Part shown: piece by piece, positions 23,507 through 35,280 of the stretch
Numbering within the stretch: position 1 is the first letter of the stretch
How the letters are laid out: every line of letters starts with the position of its first letter
Assembly: GCA_043228905.1 (NCBI GenBank)
Contig: JBHGNT010000013.1
Span: 3,224,001 to 3,288,000 of the forward strand
Length of the DNA: 64,000 nt
Source: Azolla caroliniana
Taxonomy: Eukaryota; Plantae; Polypodiophyta
Direction of reading: 5' to 3'
Program-made: the position numbers and the translations under genes
The notes under the pieces: model-generated
The model's input: only the letters and a program-made list of their open reading frames with translations
What the model was told of the DNA's origin: nothing
Databases searched by the model: none

Positions 23507-26500
23507 TTACATAGCAATCAAATCATCAACGTCATTTTCTTCATCATCTTGTGTAGAACTCTCTTCGGCTATACGTGCATTGGCTTCCCCTGTTAGCCGA
23601 GCCAACGAAATATCTTCTATAATCTCATCATCAAGCTCTATTAGCTCCCCCGGTTCGCCGGCTAACGGAGGAATAGGCTCTCGCGAAGCAAGTTGAAACC
23701 TTTCTGTATTAGCGAGGTTCTTTGCACCGACCTCCTCATCCTGGTCTGGGCACTCCCACAAAGCCTTAATCTGCATATTAATAAATATAACCTGGTCCTC
23801 GTCCTTCTCCAATGCAACTGTATTTCTAAAGAGCTTCAATGCACATGCAGACGTCGTTCCTGTAATGTAAGTAACAAGAAGATTTAGTTGTCAAACAAAA
23901 AAGATTCCGGATTGGTTATCTCAAGATCGTTACCCTAGTTCGAGGAATACCTGTGCCAGAAAAGAGATCTAATATCCAGTCTCCTTCAATAGAAAACATC
24001 TCGATCAAGCGCATCATAAGTCGTTGAGGTTTTTGATATGGGTTGACAAGTCCCCGTTCTGTCGTGGTGACATGTCGCAATTTCCATGTCACTGCTGGAT
24101 ATACCATCAGATTTGAACCTACCACTTCATTAGAATGCTCCTTGATTCTCTGTTTCTTAATTTCATCGAAGTAGCCAACCGTGATGTATTCAATGGCATT
24201 AACGAACTGAAAAGTTGGCCCTCTATTTACATTGGTCTTGATCCTATAAAAAATAATACATCAAGTTAAGAATAGATTGAACAACCTTAGGAAATGCAAT
24301 ATAGTGAAAGACACCTATAAATAATCCTTACCATGCAAGGTTCTCGATGCCATGGCAACGAGATCTCAAAGCTTGAGCTACCGAGTATCCTTGGTCCATA
24401 CTATGAAAGACAACTATTCGCCACAAGGATGCAGTCGTTAGCTCAGCGAAATCCTTGACCATCTTCTCCAATTGTTTAAACCTAAACGGTTCATCGTCGT
24501 ATGATGACCCAACCATTCAAAATCCGTAAGGAATATCTGCAATCCTTAGCGTATATATCTTCTTTGGCACCTTTTGGATCAGGTCGACAACATCACCGCA
24601 AACCACATTGTAGTAAAGATCTCTCGTAATATCTTTTTTGTGGCTAAATTTTTTAAAGGAGCCATCTTCCTCCATTTCATACGCCTTGACTAAGCGACGA
24701 TCCTTTTCTTTCCTGGCTTGCTCGAGATGTGCAAGGAAGGATGTAGGGAAATTGTGTATATCCTTAACTTCTCCTTGTTTCTTGCCTCGACACGGTTTCT
24801 AATAGAAGCAATAGGACATCAGGTATTATTATACAAGCTCTACATATAATGAAAGGTAATGAAAAACCATCAATACTAACCCAATCCTTGAATGCAATAA
24901 AATACTCTGATAATGCCTTATATGAAGACGTTAGAGGATAATCCTCGGTCACTTGTTCCCAAGTTATACATCCAAGTTGTTTCATCATAACTTCTTGGAT
25001 CTTCATGTACACCTTATCACTGTAAAATTCGAAATCAAGCTTAGAACTTTGAATTACACCATATAGACTACAATTTCAGTATTTGAAAGACTTACTTATT
25101 GAACTCAGTGACCATTTCTTCAAGGCTTAAATCTTTCGCCACAACCCTTGACAAAACAGACACAAGAAGCTGCTCGTCCTTAATACCTTGCATCGCTCTC
25201 CACAGAGACAGCTTCATGTCGTCTGCGGCTTCTTCAATTGTCAAGTCAATTTTCTTGGCGGCTTGTGACTTTAACTCTAGTTGAGGGTCAACCTTACATT
25301 TCTTTTGTCATTGACCCTTTACCTCCTTATTCTCCCACATTGAGAAGATTTGATCTTGTAGGTCCCATACTTCTCCATCTCTAAATGCCAATTGAAACCA
25401 AGACTCATATTTTCGAAGACCATCGGACTTAACATTATCATCTACAACAATGCCTACTTCATGTAGACATTGACGTCGTAGGCCTGGATGTAACTTCACA
25501 CCAAACTTTTGTTTCACGTCCAAATACTCGTGGTGGAAGAACCGTATACGCTCAATGGACGACATTTTCTGCCTATAGTCATTATCATTATTATGGTCCC
25601 ATGCCAACAGCTTAGCCTCCTCGGTTGTGAGCCCAACATAAATTTTGCACTCGGCATACTTGAAGAAGAAAGTCGTTGGATGTTCTCTCACAAGTTGCCG
25701 ACGTGCCTCCGCTGAATGTGATCCACCAATGACAAAGTAATTATATTGATCATGCTTTCTAATATCAAAATCTTCAATGGTTTCACATTCTTCAGGATCT
25801 ACCATAACAATAAAAGGCACCACAATGCCATGAGGATTAATTTTCATTTTTTTCTTGAGATTTTGAACATGCATGCGGTGTGGCTCTCTAATCTCAAGTG
25901 GTCGTCAACTTGTTTTTTCATCAATAGGGGGCCGATGGATGTGTGTTATAGGCAAATTAAACAGTTGCCCTTTCCTGACCAGTTTACGCTGCATTAACTC
26001 TCTCCTTATCTTATTCTGCTCGGATGACAAAACACTCGATGCCAGCTCAGCTCCTGGCGTCCCCTTATTGTCCTCCTCTTCATTTTCACTTGTTGAATCA
26101 GTGTCTGACATTTTGGTTGTCTTCTTCTTTGGTGGTCTTGACTGGACTTTGGATACCCTTTTTGTGGCCTTCAATGGGGAGGGCACTTCATCTCTTAGAG
26201 TTACATGGCCTTGTATATAAGGCCTCAAGGTAACAATAAGGTTTTGTGAGCTTTCAAGTTCTTTTTTAAACGCTTCTGGCCCACATGATTCCTTTACTAA
26301 AAGATCTTCTGAAAGGAACACTTTACGTACCCCCTTGGAGCACTCTATCATTACCAGTATGTTGGCCGAATCTGCATCTTCGTAGTCAAATCGTAGAATA
26401 CGGCCATACATAAATGGGGTTTCCTTTCCAAGCTGCCCCTCCCCCTTCTTCTTTGTTGTATACAATACGACTTTTTTCTTTGAGTCGACATATTGCATAC

Positions 26501-27814
26501 ACCATTCCTTGTCCGTTAGATCCCGGTCAGGAAGGTCTTCACCTCTAGTAGCGGCGACAAGTTTCTTTTGGCCCACGTCAATGTGTGGTTGAGATTTTGT
26601 CTCCTCGTTGAAGAGAAGCTTTTTTCCTCTCTTCATGGTCTCAGGAGCTACCTTGGTCTGGGCTTCGATTGGAGAACCCTGTATGCGAAGCTTTATTTTC
26701 TTCACGGGTCGGTCCGACAGGTTCTCAAACGACCTATTTAAGAAAGTATATGCAAAAACATAAGTTAGGTGGTCACGTAGATTAAGGTTGTATATTAAAA
26801 TATAAATATGAAGATGAAGAACAGTTCTCACTAGCAGGCGATTAATGGTGAAGTGAAAATATCATTCATGCATTCAGAGTACATGGTAGTCCTATATTCA
26901 AAAATCTATTCTAGCCAGGGCTATTCAAACTAGAAAATATATGTCGTAATAAGTAAACAGGGTTATATAGATTCCAGGCCTATATTGAGGAGAATTTGCT
27001 ATCATAAAGGTAATTTGTGGGTTATTTTCTACTATTTTAAGTTATAGTAGGTCATAAAACGCCTATAATTAGGGCATGTTTTATTAAAAAGTAAGGCAAG
27101 TCAACATAAAAAAGACTGATTTTGACAGACAATTTGATATCTTTTCCACACAATAATAAATTGTTGCCCCAAAAACACAAATTTTCTCTTTCAGAGCCTT
27201 CTTTTATACAGGAACTCGATACGGCGTATCGAGTTCGTGTTTAAAACCTAAACTTTAAACGTGAACTTGATACGCCGTATCGAGTTCGTGTGATTTCTTT
27301 GCTTTTTAAACAGGAACTCGATACGGTGTATCGAGTTCCCGTTTAAAGTCTAGGTTTTAAACAGGAACTCGATACGGCGTATCGAGTTCCTGTGTTTCCT
27401 TTGCTTTTTAAACAGGAACTCGATACGCCGTATCGAGTTCCCGTTTAAAGTCTAGGTTTTAAATAGGAACTCGATACACTGTATCGAGTTCGAAACACAG
27501 GAACTCGATACGGCGTATCGAGTTCCTGTTTAAAGTTCAGGTTTTAAACAGGAACTCGATACGCCGTATCGAGTTCCTGTTTAAAGTGTAGGTTTTGAAC
27601 AGGAACTCGATACGGCGTATCGAGTTCGTGTTTAAAAAGCAAAAAAAAAAAATGAACTCGATATGCCATATCGAGTTCCTGTATAAAGTTTGTATTGTAT
27701 ATAGGAACTCGATACGGCGTATCGAGTTCTTGAGCGACAAAACATATTTACAAAAATGTCCACAGTGTCAGAGGCCTACCTGGAGTCCTCGCGCTCGATT
27801 CTCTTTGAAGACAT
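23507..27814 (-). pseudogene. Six-exon gene: ParB/Srx-like domain fused to a beta-class N6-adenine/N4-cytosine DNA methyltransferase (~974 codons, three in-frame TGA)
   Basis: Exons 27814-27780, 26733-25096, 25019-24881, 24798-24332, 24243-23951, 23859-23507. All five introns are GT..AG and phase-consistent. Motifs: VIGGSHSAEA, GDVVDLI, IADIPY, LAWIK, NPYQKP, WILDLFSGTGTT, ALEKD. Confidence 0.88.
27212..27729. repeat. Array of 11 palindromes GAACTCGATAC-NNN-GTATCGAGTTC at 51-bp period, in intron 1 of the methyltransferase gene
   Basis: Starts at 27212, 27263, 27314, 27365, 27416, 27467, 27501, 27552, 27603, 27654 and 27705. Confidence 0.95.
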
Positions 27815-27958
27815 GGTTGATCGTGTGGCAGTGGAAGCGGAGATCGCGCTTTTGTGCTTCGTGCTCTGTGTGCTTTGTGTGCTTTGTGTGCTTTGTGTGC
27901 TTTGTGTGCTCTGTACGCTCTTGGGTGCTCTTGTGAGTGAAATATGACGAGGTCTTCC

Positions 27959-27966
27959 TATTTATA
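27959..27966 (-). promoter_or_regulatory. TATA box of the ParB-methyltransferase gene
   Basis: CCCTATAAATAGG on the minus strand ~150 nt upstream of ACC-ATG (27814). The 5' UTR holds a 9-bp AAGCACACA repeat. Confidence 0.6.
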
Positions 27967-28668
27967 GGGATTGACCACTATGATTAAAGTAACCATAGTC
28001 ACCTTAACCAAGGTTGGTAAGTTTGAGGATAGTTAGTTGGTAACCACAGTCACATTAACTAGAGTAACTTATGATTGCATTAATGGTTACAAAGTCAAAC
28101 TAACATATTGATCAAACTTATATAGTCATAACAACCTGCAATGACTTCAAAGGTCATGAAGGAGACAATGATAGAGGTTCATGAATGTACCAATGATTGA
28201 TTACTAAAAGCAACAATTTTTATGACTCTCAAATGCTGTGTATTAAAGATGTGGGCATGAATTAACCAATGATTGATAAGTCTAATATTTAAAATGGTGA
28301 GCATTAAAGAACCAATGAGTGAGAGGTTCTATGTCAAATATGGGTGCCATTAATTTGCCAATGTTTTTAAGATTAATCCAACATATTTATGGCTTGGTAA
28401 TGATTAGATTTATATTATACTTGACTTAACTTCATATAGATGTAGTTTAAATAATAATTGATATTTTAAATACAATTACTTTATTAAAAATAAATTTTTT
28501 ATGTATTGTATTAATATAATATTACATAATATAGACATTCTATTGATTTGGCTTTTGTTTAGAGAGAAGTTTATGTTTAGAGAGGAGTATATGTTTAGAG
28601 AGGAGCTTATTAGTTTTTTTCCTTACCCTAAGCACATAACTTAAAGAGCCCTATCTAGACCTTAAGCC

Positions 28669-31449
28669 ATGAGTGAAGATTCACCGTTCTCGATTGAAGA
28701 ATATTGTTTGTCATCAGACTCATCGTTTTCTACTGAAGAGTATTGTTTGTCGACAGAGTCACCATATTCGATTGAAGAATATTGTCTATCGATAGACTCA
28801 CCATATTCTATCGAAGAATATTGTCTGAGCTCATCTACATGGAATGTAAATAATGACACATGTGAAGAGTTCTCTATTGAAGAATACGATATTAATAAAG
28901 ATACGGAGAATGAAGGTAGTGCCAAGGAAACATTGAATAACATTGGCGATTGTCACAACAGAGAATTAGATTGTAACAAGGTTACACCAACCTCTATGCA
29001 GGAAGAGAAATCTGGGAGCCCTATGCATATTAGAAGAATCCCACGAAGAATTCGTCTAGCTAGATTTAGCTTAGTGACATCAGATAAACAGATTGGATTT
29101 GATGTCAAAAAAATATGTTGTGCCCGTGGTTGTATGTCTATGATTGGCAAATCAAAGTTGCGAGAATTAAGGCGATACTATTTTTCGATGACCGGTGATG
29201 AGCAAGACACTTACCTCGGGTCACATATGCAACTAGTATCTGACAAATGTACGGGGATCAAAGTATCATTCGAGTATTATATCTTCCATGCGTAACAGAT
29301 ATGTAGAGTTGCATTCAAAATTGCATTATGTGTTAGTAACATGCGGCTACATAGAGTACAACAACGTCTACTTAGCGAGGATCAGATGCTCAATTGTAAA
29401 GAGGTTCCAAGTATGAAAGGTGCAATTGGAAGACATGCTATTGGTTGGATGAAAACTTACTTTCAGTTAAATTGTGAAGTAATGCCCACTACAGGTAGGA
29501 TGCACCTTTCTGATAATTATACACGTCGGGAAGTTTATGATGTCTATCGATCTGATATGCTGGGCTCACGTAATAAGTCTATCACCTATAGCCAATTCAC
29601 AAGATTATGGAGAGCTCAGTTTTCAAATGTTATTATTCCTCGTAAAGTACGTATGGGGTATTGCTCCATTTCTGCAAATCTTAAAAGTTTGGGTAAAGGT
29701 GCAAAGACATCAATGGAAAAGGATATGAGTAAGAAGTTACTACAAGAGCATCGTGAGGCACAATCCTTAGAACGAAAGAAGGTGATGCATCATAGAGAGA
29801 AGTATTTGAAGAGGCCCGAACAATACATGTGCTTAATGATAGATGGCATGGACCAGAAGAAGACGTGCTTGCCGCATATGCGGAGGCTCCCCAAAGATGT
29901 CAATGATGAGTGCCTTGTTCAAATGCACTTGGTGGGATGCTTGGCTTATAATAGGTCTGTTCGAACTCACGTCTTCATTACTTACCCCAATGTTCACAAT
30001 GACCCTAACCTAATAGTTACAGTCATTCACCGAGTTTTGATGTCTTGGGGCCAACCTTTCCCCCCTGTTCTATACATTCAATTGGACAATACTGCTAGAG
30101 AGAACAAAAATTCAACTGTATTTGGCTATCTAAGTATGTTGGTCAACCAAGAATTGTTTAGGAAAGTGAAAGTCAATTTCCTTTTGGTTGGCCACACACA
30201 TGACCATATAGATCAGATGTTTAGCACATTCTCCAGACAGTTGTCTCGACATGACGCTTTCACTTTACCTAAACTATTTGATGTCATTTGTGATGCATAT
30301 ACACCACGCCCAAAAGTGTTACACTTGAAGGAGGTATATGACTTTAAGAGATATATATCAGATGGGGGTGGTGGGAATGTTAAAGTGCTTGCTCAGTTAA
30401 ACAATATAAGTTTCAATCACATTTTTATGATAACGAAAAATAGAATAAGTGGTTCCACACTTTTGTATGCTAAACAATATTCATCTTCTACAACATGGGA
30501 ACCTGAAGGTGGTTGCCAGTTATTACTTTGTATGCCGAGTACAATTGTCCATGGAGCTAAGCAAATGCCAATTGAGAAGAAAGGACAGTTGCAGAGCGAC
30601 TTGGTATCAGAACAAAAACGGTCATGGCTCCAAGCCTTAGAAGAAAAAAGAAAGCATATTGAGGCCGCCAAGAAATATGCCGCACAACAGGACACGTCAT
30701 GGTGGGATGTATTTTATAGTGATGAAAAAGGAATTATAGACAATTGTGTATCTGGTGATAATTGGAATTTGGAAACGCCATTCACATGGTCGCTGCAACA
30801 TGATTGCGTAAATAGAACTCCAGAGCAACTAGCAAATGCGATTAATGACAGCTTAGTCCATCCACAACAAAGAGACATTTATGTGGGACCAAGGATGACC
30901 AAAGCAGCCGAAGCTAGATGGCAAGGCAATTTGCAAGAGCTGACCGCGGGGATGTTGATTGCAACGCCGGCTGATGAGAACTCACATGGCCACCAATTTT
31001 GGGTTGGTAAAATCCTAGAAGTGCTAATGCATGAAATAGAAAACACGATCAAGTCTATAAATGTTCATTGGTACAACACTAGAAGTGCAAATGCTTTTAC
31101 AAGTAAGTATACATTGGAGATGATTGAATGCCCAACAAGAAGGGGAGGTAGGAAGAGGAAGCGAAACATTTGTAACACCTCGACCCTTGATATCTCTGAT
31201 GTGGATATCATCGTGTACGACTTCACAGTTACAAAAGCCGGACGATTAAGGAAGTCAACAATAGATATAATCAAAGAAAAATTACCAGGTCTACAAGGTG
31301 GCTCGAGTCAAAGGCAAACGAGATCTACTACATATAATCTAGAGTCAAACCATTTGGTTTATGACGAAGATAATGCACTGATTGGTACATCCGAGGATGA
31401 TGAGGAGGAATCGTCATTGTATATTAGTTATAGTAGTGATTCTCCGTAA
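28669..31449 (+). pseudogene. Sola-like DDD transposase (~926 codons, one in-frame TAA at 29293-29295)
   Basis: ORFs 28669-29295 and 29341-31449 are in the same frame. Motifs CCARGC, ICRVAF, IDGMDQ, LYIQLDNTARENKN, FLLVGHTHDHIDQMFS. Confidence 0.85.
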
Positions 31450-34400
31450 AGGAGTGATCATGAATGTATATTTGGCTATTAAGTGTAACTACATTCCGCT
31501 TGTAACAAATCGAGTAATATAAAAGCATGTGTTTTGAATTCTTATGATTTCTAAAAAGTCGTTTCTTATAAAATAACATTGGTTGTAAAGTTTGTGATAT
31601 AAATTGAGAATGTATATTTTTGAAATTTGTCTTTTTTTAGTTACTTCTAAATCACGAAAATAGTGGATTTTTAACCTTTTTCATAGTATGTTTGAACATG
31701 TATGATACTGGTATCAATGTGTTTTGTAAAATCATTGAAAAAGCCCTAAATTCAACCAAAATTTCCCTTATCCTTCCATTTATGCGCGATCCTTCCACTT
31801 GTGAACGCGAACGTGTTTGATCCCAATCTGTACGATTTTCATTGACTATCTTTTTGAGTATCGTCTCCAGTGTTTTATTTCTCGACTCTGCTAATCCATT
31901 TGCTTGTGGATAGTAAGGAGTGCTCTTCTTATGAACCACTGCATAATATGTGGATAACTCATGTACAACTTTATTAATGAAATGTGTACCTTGATTGCTT
32001 ACTAATTCTATGGGACACCCGAATTGACACCATATATTTTCGTACAAAAATTTGGGTGTTGATGATGTCGTATTGTCTCTGAGAAGTTTAGCTTCTACCC
32101 ACTTTGTACAGTAATTTGTGGCGACTATAATGTAACAATTACCTGTACGTATGGTTGCTAGTTTAAATGGACCGACAAAATCCAATCCCCATTTTTGAAA
32201 TGGCTCCAAAGGCAAGACAGATTGGAAAGGCATTTTGTCCTTTTCTGTGGGTTGCCCCAGTCTCTAACATAAATCACATTTTCGACAATAGTCGACTGCA
32301 TCCTTCATTACTATCGGCCACCATATGCCACTATTCCATATTTTTCGGGCTGTAGTTTCTTCGGCTTAATGACCACCTGCAATACCACAATGAGATTCTC
32401 AGAGAATTACCGATTTCTCAATTTGTCGTACTACCCTTCTCCAAATTCCGTCTACACCTTTATGATAGAGAGTGTCGTTCAAAAGCCAAAAATTCCGACT
32501 ACGAACGATTAACCTTTTTCTTTCATCCGCCGATAGATTCTCGGGTGGTAACCCTATTGTAAGAAAGATTGTCATCTCGGAGATCCAAGCATCTTCGCTT
32601 TCATCATTTATTTCCTCTACCCATACTGCTTCCACTCAAAAGAGTTGTCCATCCGGAAGATCGTCTCTCACACCTGTGCCTTCTTCTCCCAACTCTAGTC
32701 GGCTAAGATAATCAACAATCGCATGTTGTACCCCTGGTCGGTGTAATATGTCAATCTTGAATTCTTGCAGTAGTAACATCCATCGTGCCAGCTTACCAGT
32801 TAATTCTTGTTTAGAGACCAAATAGAGGAGAGCAGAATGATCGACATGGAATGTAAATTTCGTGCCCAAAAGGTAATGGCGAAATGAATTGACACTATAA
32901 ATCCCTAAACTCTAATGCTTCCCTCTCGGTTGTTGAATAATTCCTTTTCGCTGTCAAGAGTTTCCGACTAGCGTAATACATTGGTCTATACCAATTCGGT
33001 TTGGATAATTGCATAAGAGCACTGCCGATTGCTATATCTGATGCATCGACGAACACGTGGAAGGGTTTATTCCAGTCAGGTGGTTGAACTACCGAAACCT
33101 TAGACAACATTTTCTTGAGGCACTCGTACGCGTCCTGCTCCACACTTGTCCATTGAAAAGGAACTTTATGCACTGCTGTGTGTAGAGAAATGGCAACATC
33201 CGCAATATATCTAATCATTCTGCTATGCCATCCAATCTGCCCCAAGAACCGACTAAGGCCCTTAGCGTTCGTAGGTGCTGGTGCTTGTAATATACCTCTG
33301 ACCTTGTCTGGGTCAACTGCAATTCCTTCTTGGCTGACAATATGGCCTAACAGTGCTCCACAGGTGACTCCGAACACGCATTTTGCCGGATTCAAGCTGA
33401 GTTGACCTTTCTGACATTGCTCCAAGCATAGTCGTAAATGTTTGAAATGTTCGGATTTCCAACTATAAATGGCAAAATCATCTAGGAAAACTTGCATAAA
33501 TGGGGGAATGTATGCCACAAAGATTTCCTGTATAACCCTTTGAAATGTGGCTGGAGTTGTTTTTAATCCGAACATCATTACTACTGCCACAAACACTCCC
33601 CATTCCGTAACGAATGTTGTCTTTTCTTGATCCTCCAGATGCATCCTTACCTGATTATAGCCACTAAATCCATCTAGGAAACTATACATTTCATGACCAG
33701 CTACTGCATCCAATATACCATTCGTAAATGGTAATGGAAATGTGTCTGTTACTGTTGCTGCATTCAGTTTCCGGTAGTCGACACATACCCGAATTTTCCC
33801 ATTCTTTTTCGGACTCAGCCATGTAGCTTTTTTTACAGGTCGAATAAACCCTACCTTCAGGAGTTTATCTATTTCCTCTTTAACTTTAATTGCATAATTA
33901 GGATTTAAATGATACCTGTGTTGTTGAACTAGTTTCGCATCTTTATGCAAGTTAATTTGGTGTTGGCAGAAAGTTGAATCTAGCCCTTTCATGTCTTCAA
34001 AAGACCAAGCAAAGACATCCTTATATTGCTTTAGTAACCCATTTAACCGTTGCTTATCCGCCACCATCATATCTTTAGCAACCAACACTATTTTCGGCTC
34101 AAGCCCATTATCGTCTCTAATGCCAAAACCTGGACCCATTGAGATACCTTCATTTCTCTAGCAGTAGCTTCCAGCTGCATTCGGATTTCTTTCATTGTTT
34201 GCTCATTTAGTGGTATCTCCTCTTGTGAATCCACATACGGTGTCAAGGCTTGTAATATGTCTACTTCGAACAAAGGAATAATTTTTGGGTTATCATTAAA
34301 ATAATGATTCTCTTCGACCTCATCTAGTCCTTCCATCATATTTATGGCCTTCGCATGAATTGGCAAACATTGTTTGCTCGTCGTAATCTTATTCTGAGTA

Positions 34401-35099
34401 GACACCCGGATTTTCATCTTGCCTTTTCGGAATGTCAATAAATTGTGATTCCAATTTTGCTTAATATTAGCAGTTTTTAACCATGGTTGACCTAATAGCA
34501 AAGGATATGCCCCAAGAGCTTCCAAATGCAGTACCACTGCTGATATTTGAAAAGTATGCCCATCTAACAAGACATCTAACTGTCGCAGTAAACCGATTGG
34601 TCGTACCGTACTGGTATTGAACATCCTCAGCCAAAATGGACATGCTTCCCATTTGGTAATGCCAAGCCTATCACAAGTAGTTTTATTAATTACATTAACT
34701 CCTGAGCCACCATTAACAATAGCACCTTCTATTTCTTGACCATGGATTATTACTTTAATAGATGGATTTCGCTCATCCATAATTGAAGGGGGTGAAAGCA
34801 AGCTACGGTGTACCAACTTTTGGCCAAAATTTTAGTACTATTTCGATTAAGAGAATAAACACTATAATTTATAATAAATCCAATAAACATGACTAAAAAG
34901 TTTATCATCACCTATTAAAAAAAATAAAAGTCACATTCAATGGGTTCAAAATTTAAAAGAACAATAAACCCACACATCCTTCTAGTGTTACGTCTCTGTC
35001 CAAGTGTCCCTTGTGTAATAAATTCTAGTTGAGGTTGAAGGTGCATATGTCGAGGTAAACTTATACAGAGTCTTTAATTGTTGAAGGTGAAGGAGTGAG

Positions 35100-35103
<4 letters not shown>

Positions 35104-35163
<60 letters not shown>

Positions 35164-35280
35164 ACCTCTGTCTCTCTCAGTCTCAGTCTCTATCTCTCTC
35201 AATCTCTTTGTCTCTGTATCTCTTTCTCGGATCTCTCTTCTGTGTGTGTGTGTGTGTGTGTCTCTCTCTCTCTCTTTCTC
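35104..35280. repeat. (CT)n and (TG)n microsatellites
   Basis: Directly visible runs. Confidence 0.95.

Larger units (their letters stand above)
22514..31817 (+). mobile_element. Complete TIR DNA transposon (Sola/Sola1-like) carrying a ParB-methyltransferase cargo gene
   Basis: 36-bp TIRs AACACGTTCGCGTTCACAAGTGGAAGGAT[T/C]GCGCAT at 22514-22549 and 31782-31817, TSD TGAT at 22510-22513 and 31818-31821. The empty site TTTTTGATCCCAATC is visible in the sister gypsy copy at ~48072-48086. Confidence 0.92.
19561..34795 (-). mobile_element. Non-chromovirus Ty3/gypsy copy B: pol, extra ORF and 3' LTR (19561-20051). 5' end lost; interrupted by the DNA transposon.
   Basis: Protease (AIVNGGSG), RT (FLDD), RNase H (DASD) and integrase at 31822-34795. 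Integrase resumes at 22330-22513. Homologous to 45511-53239. No chromodomain or additional RNase H seen. Confidence 0.88.

Noticed and set aside
26734-26831. N-terminus of ORF 25905-26831 (MRTVLHLH...)
   Set aside because: AT-rich intron sequence ending in an acceptor AG. Exon 1 (27814-27780) splices in frame at 26733.
27212-27729. CRISPR array (palindromic repeats at a fixed period)
   Set aside because: The linkers are variants or inversions of each other rather than unique spacers, there are no cas genes, and the array lies in a spliceosomal intron.
23507-27814. Bacterial contamination as the source of the methyltransferase
   Set aside because: The gene has five phase-consistent GT-AG introns and lies within a TIR/TSD-bounded insertion in a plant retrotransposon integrase.
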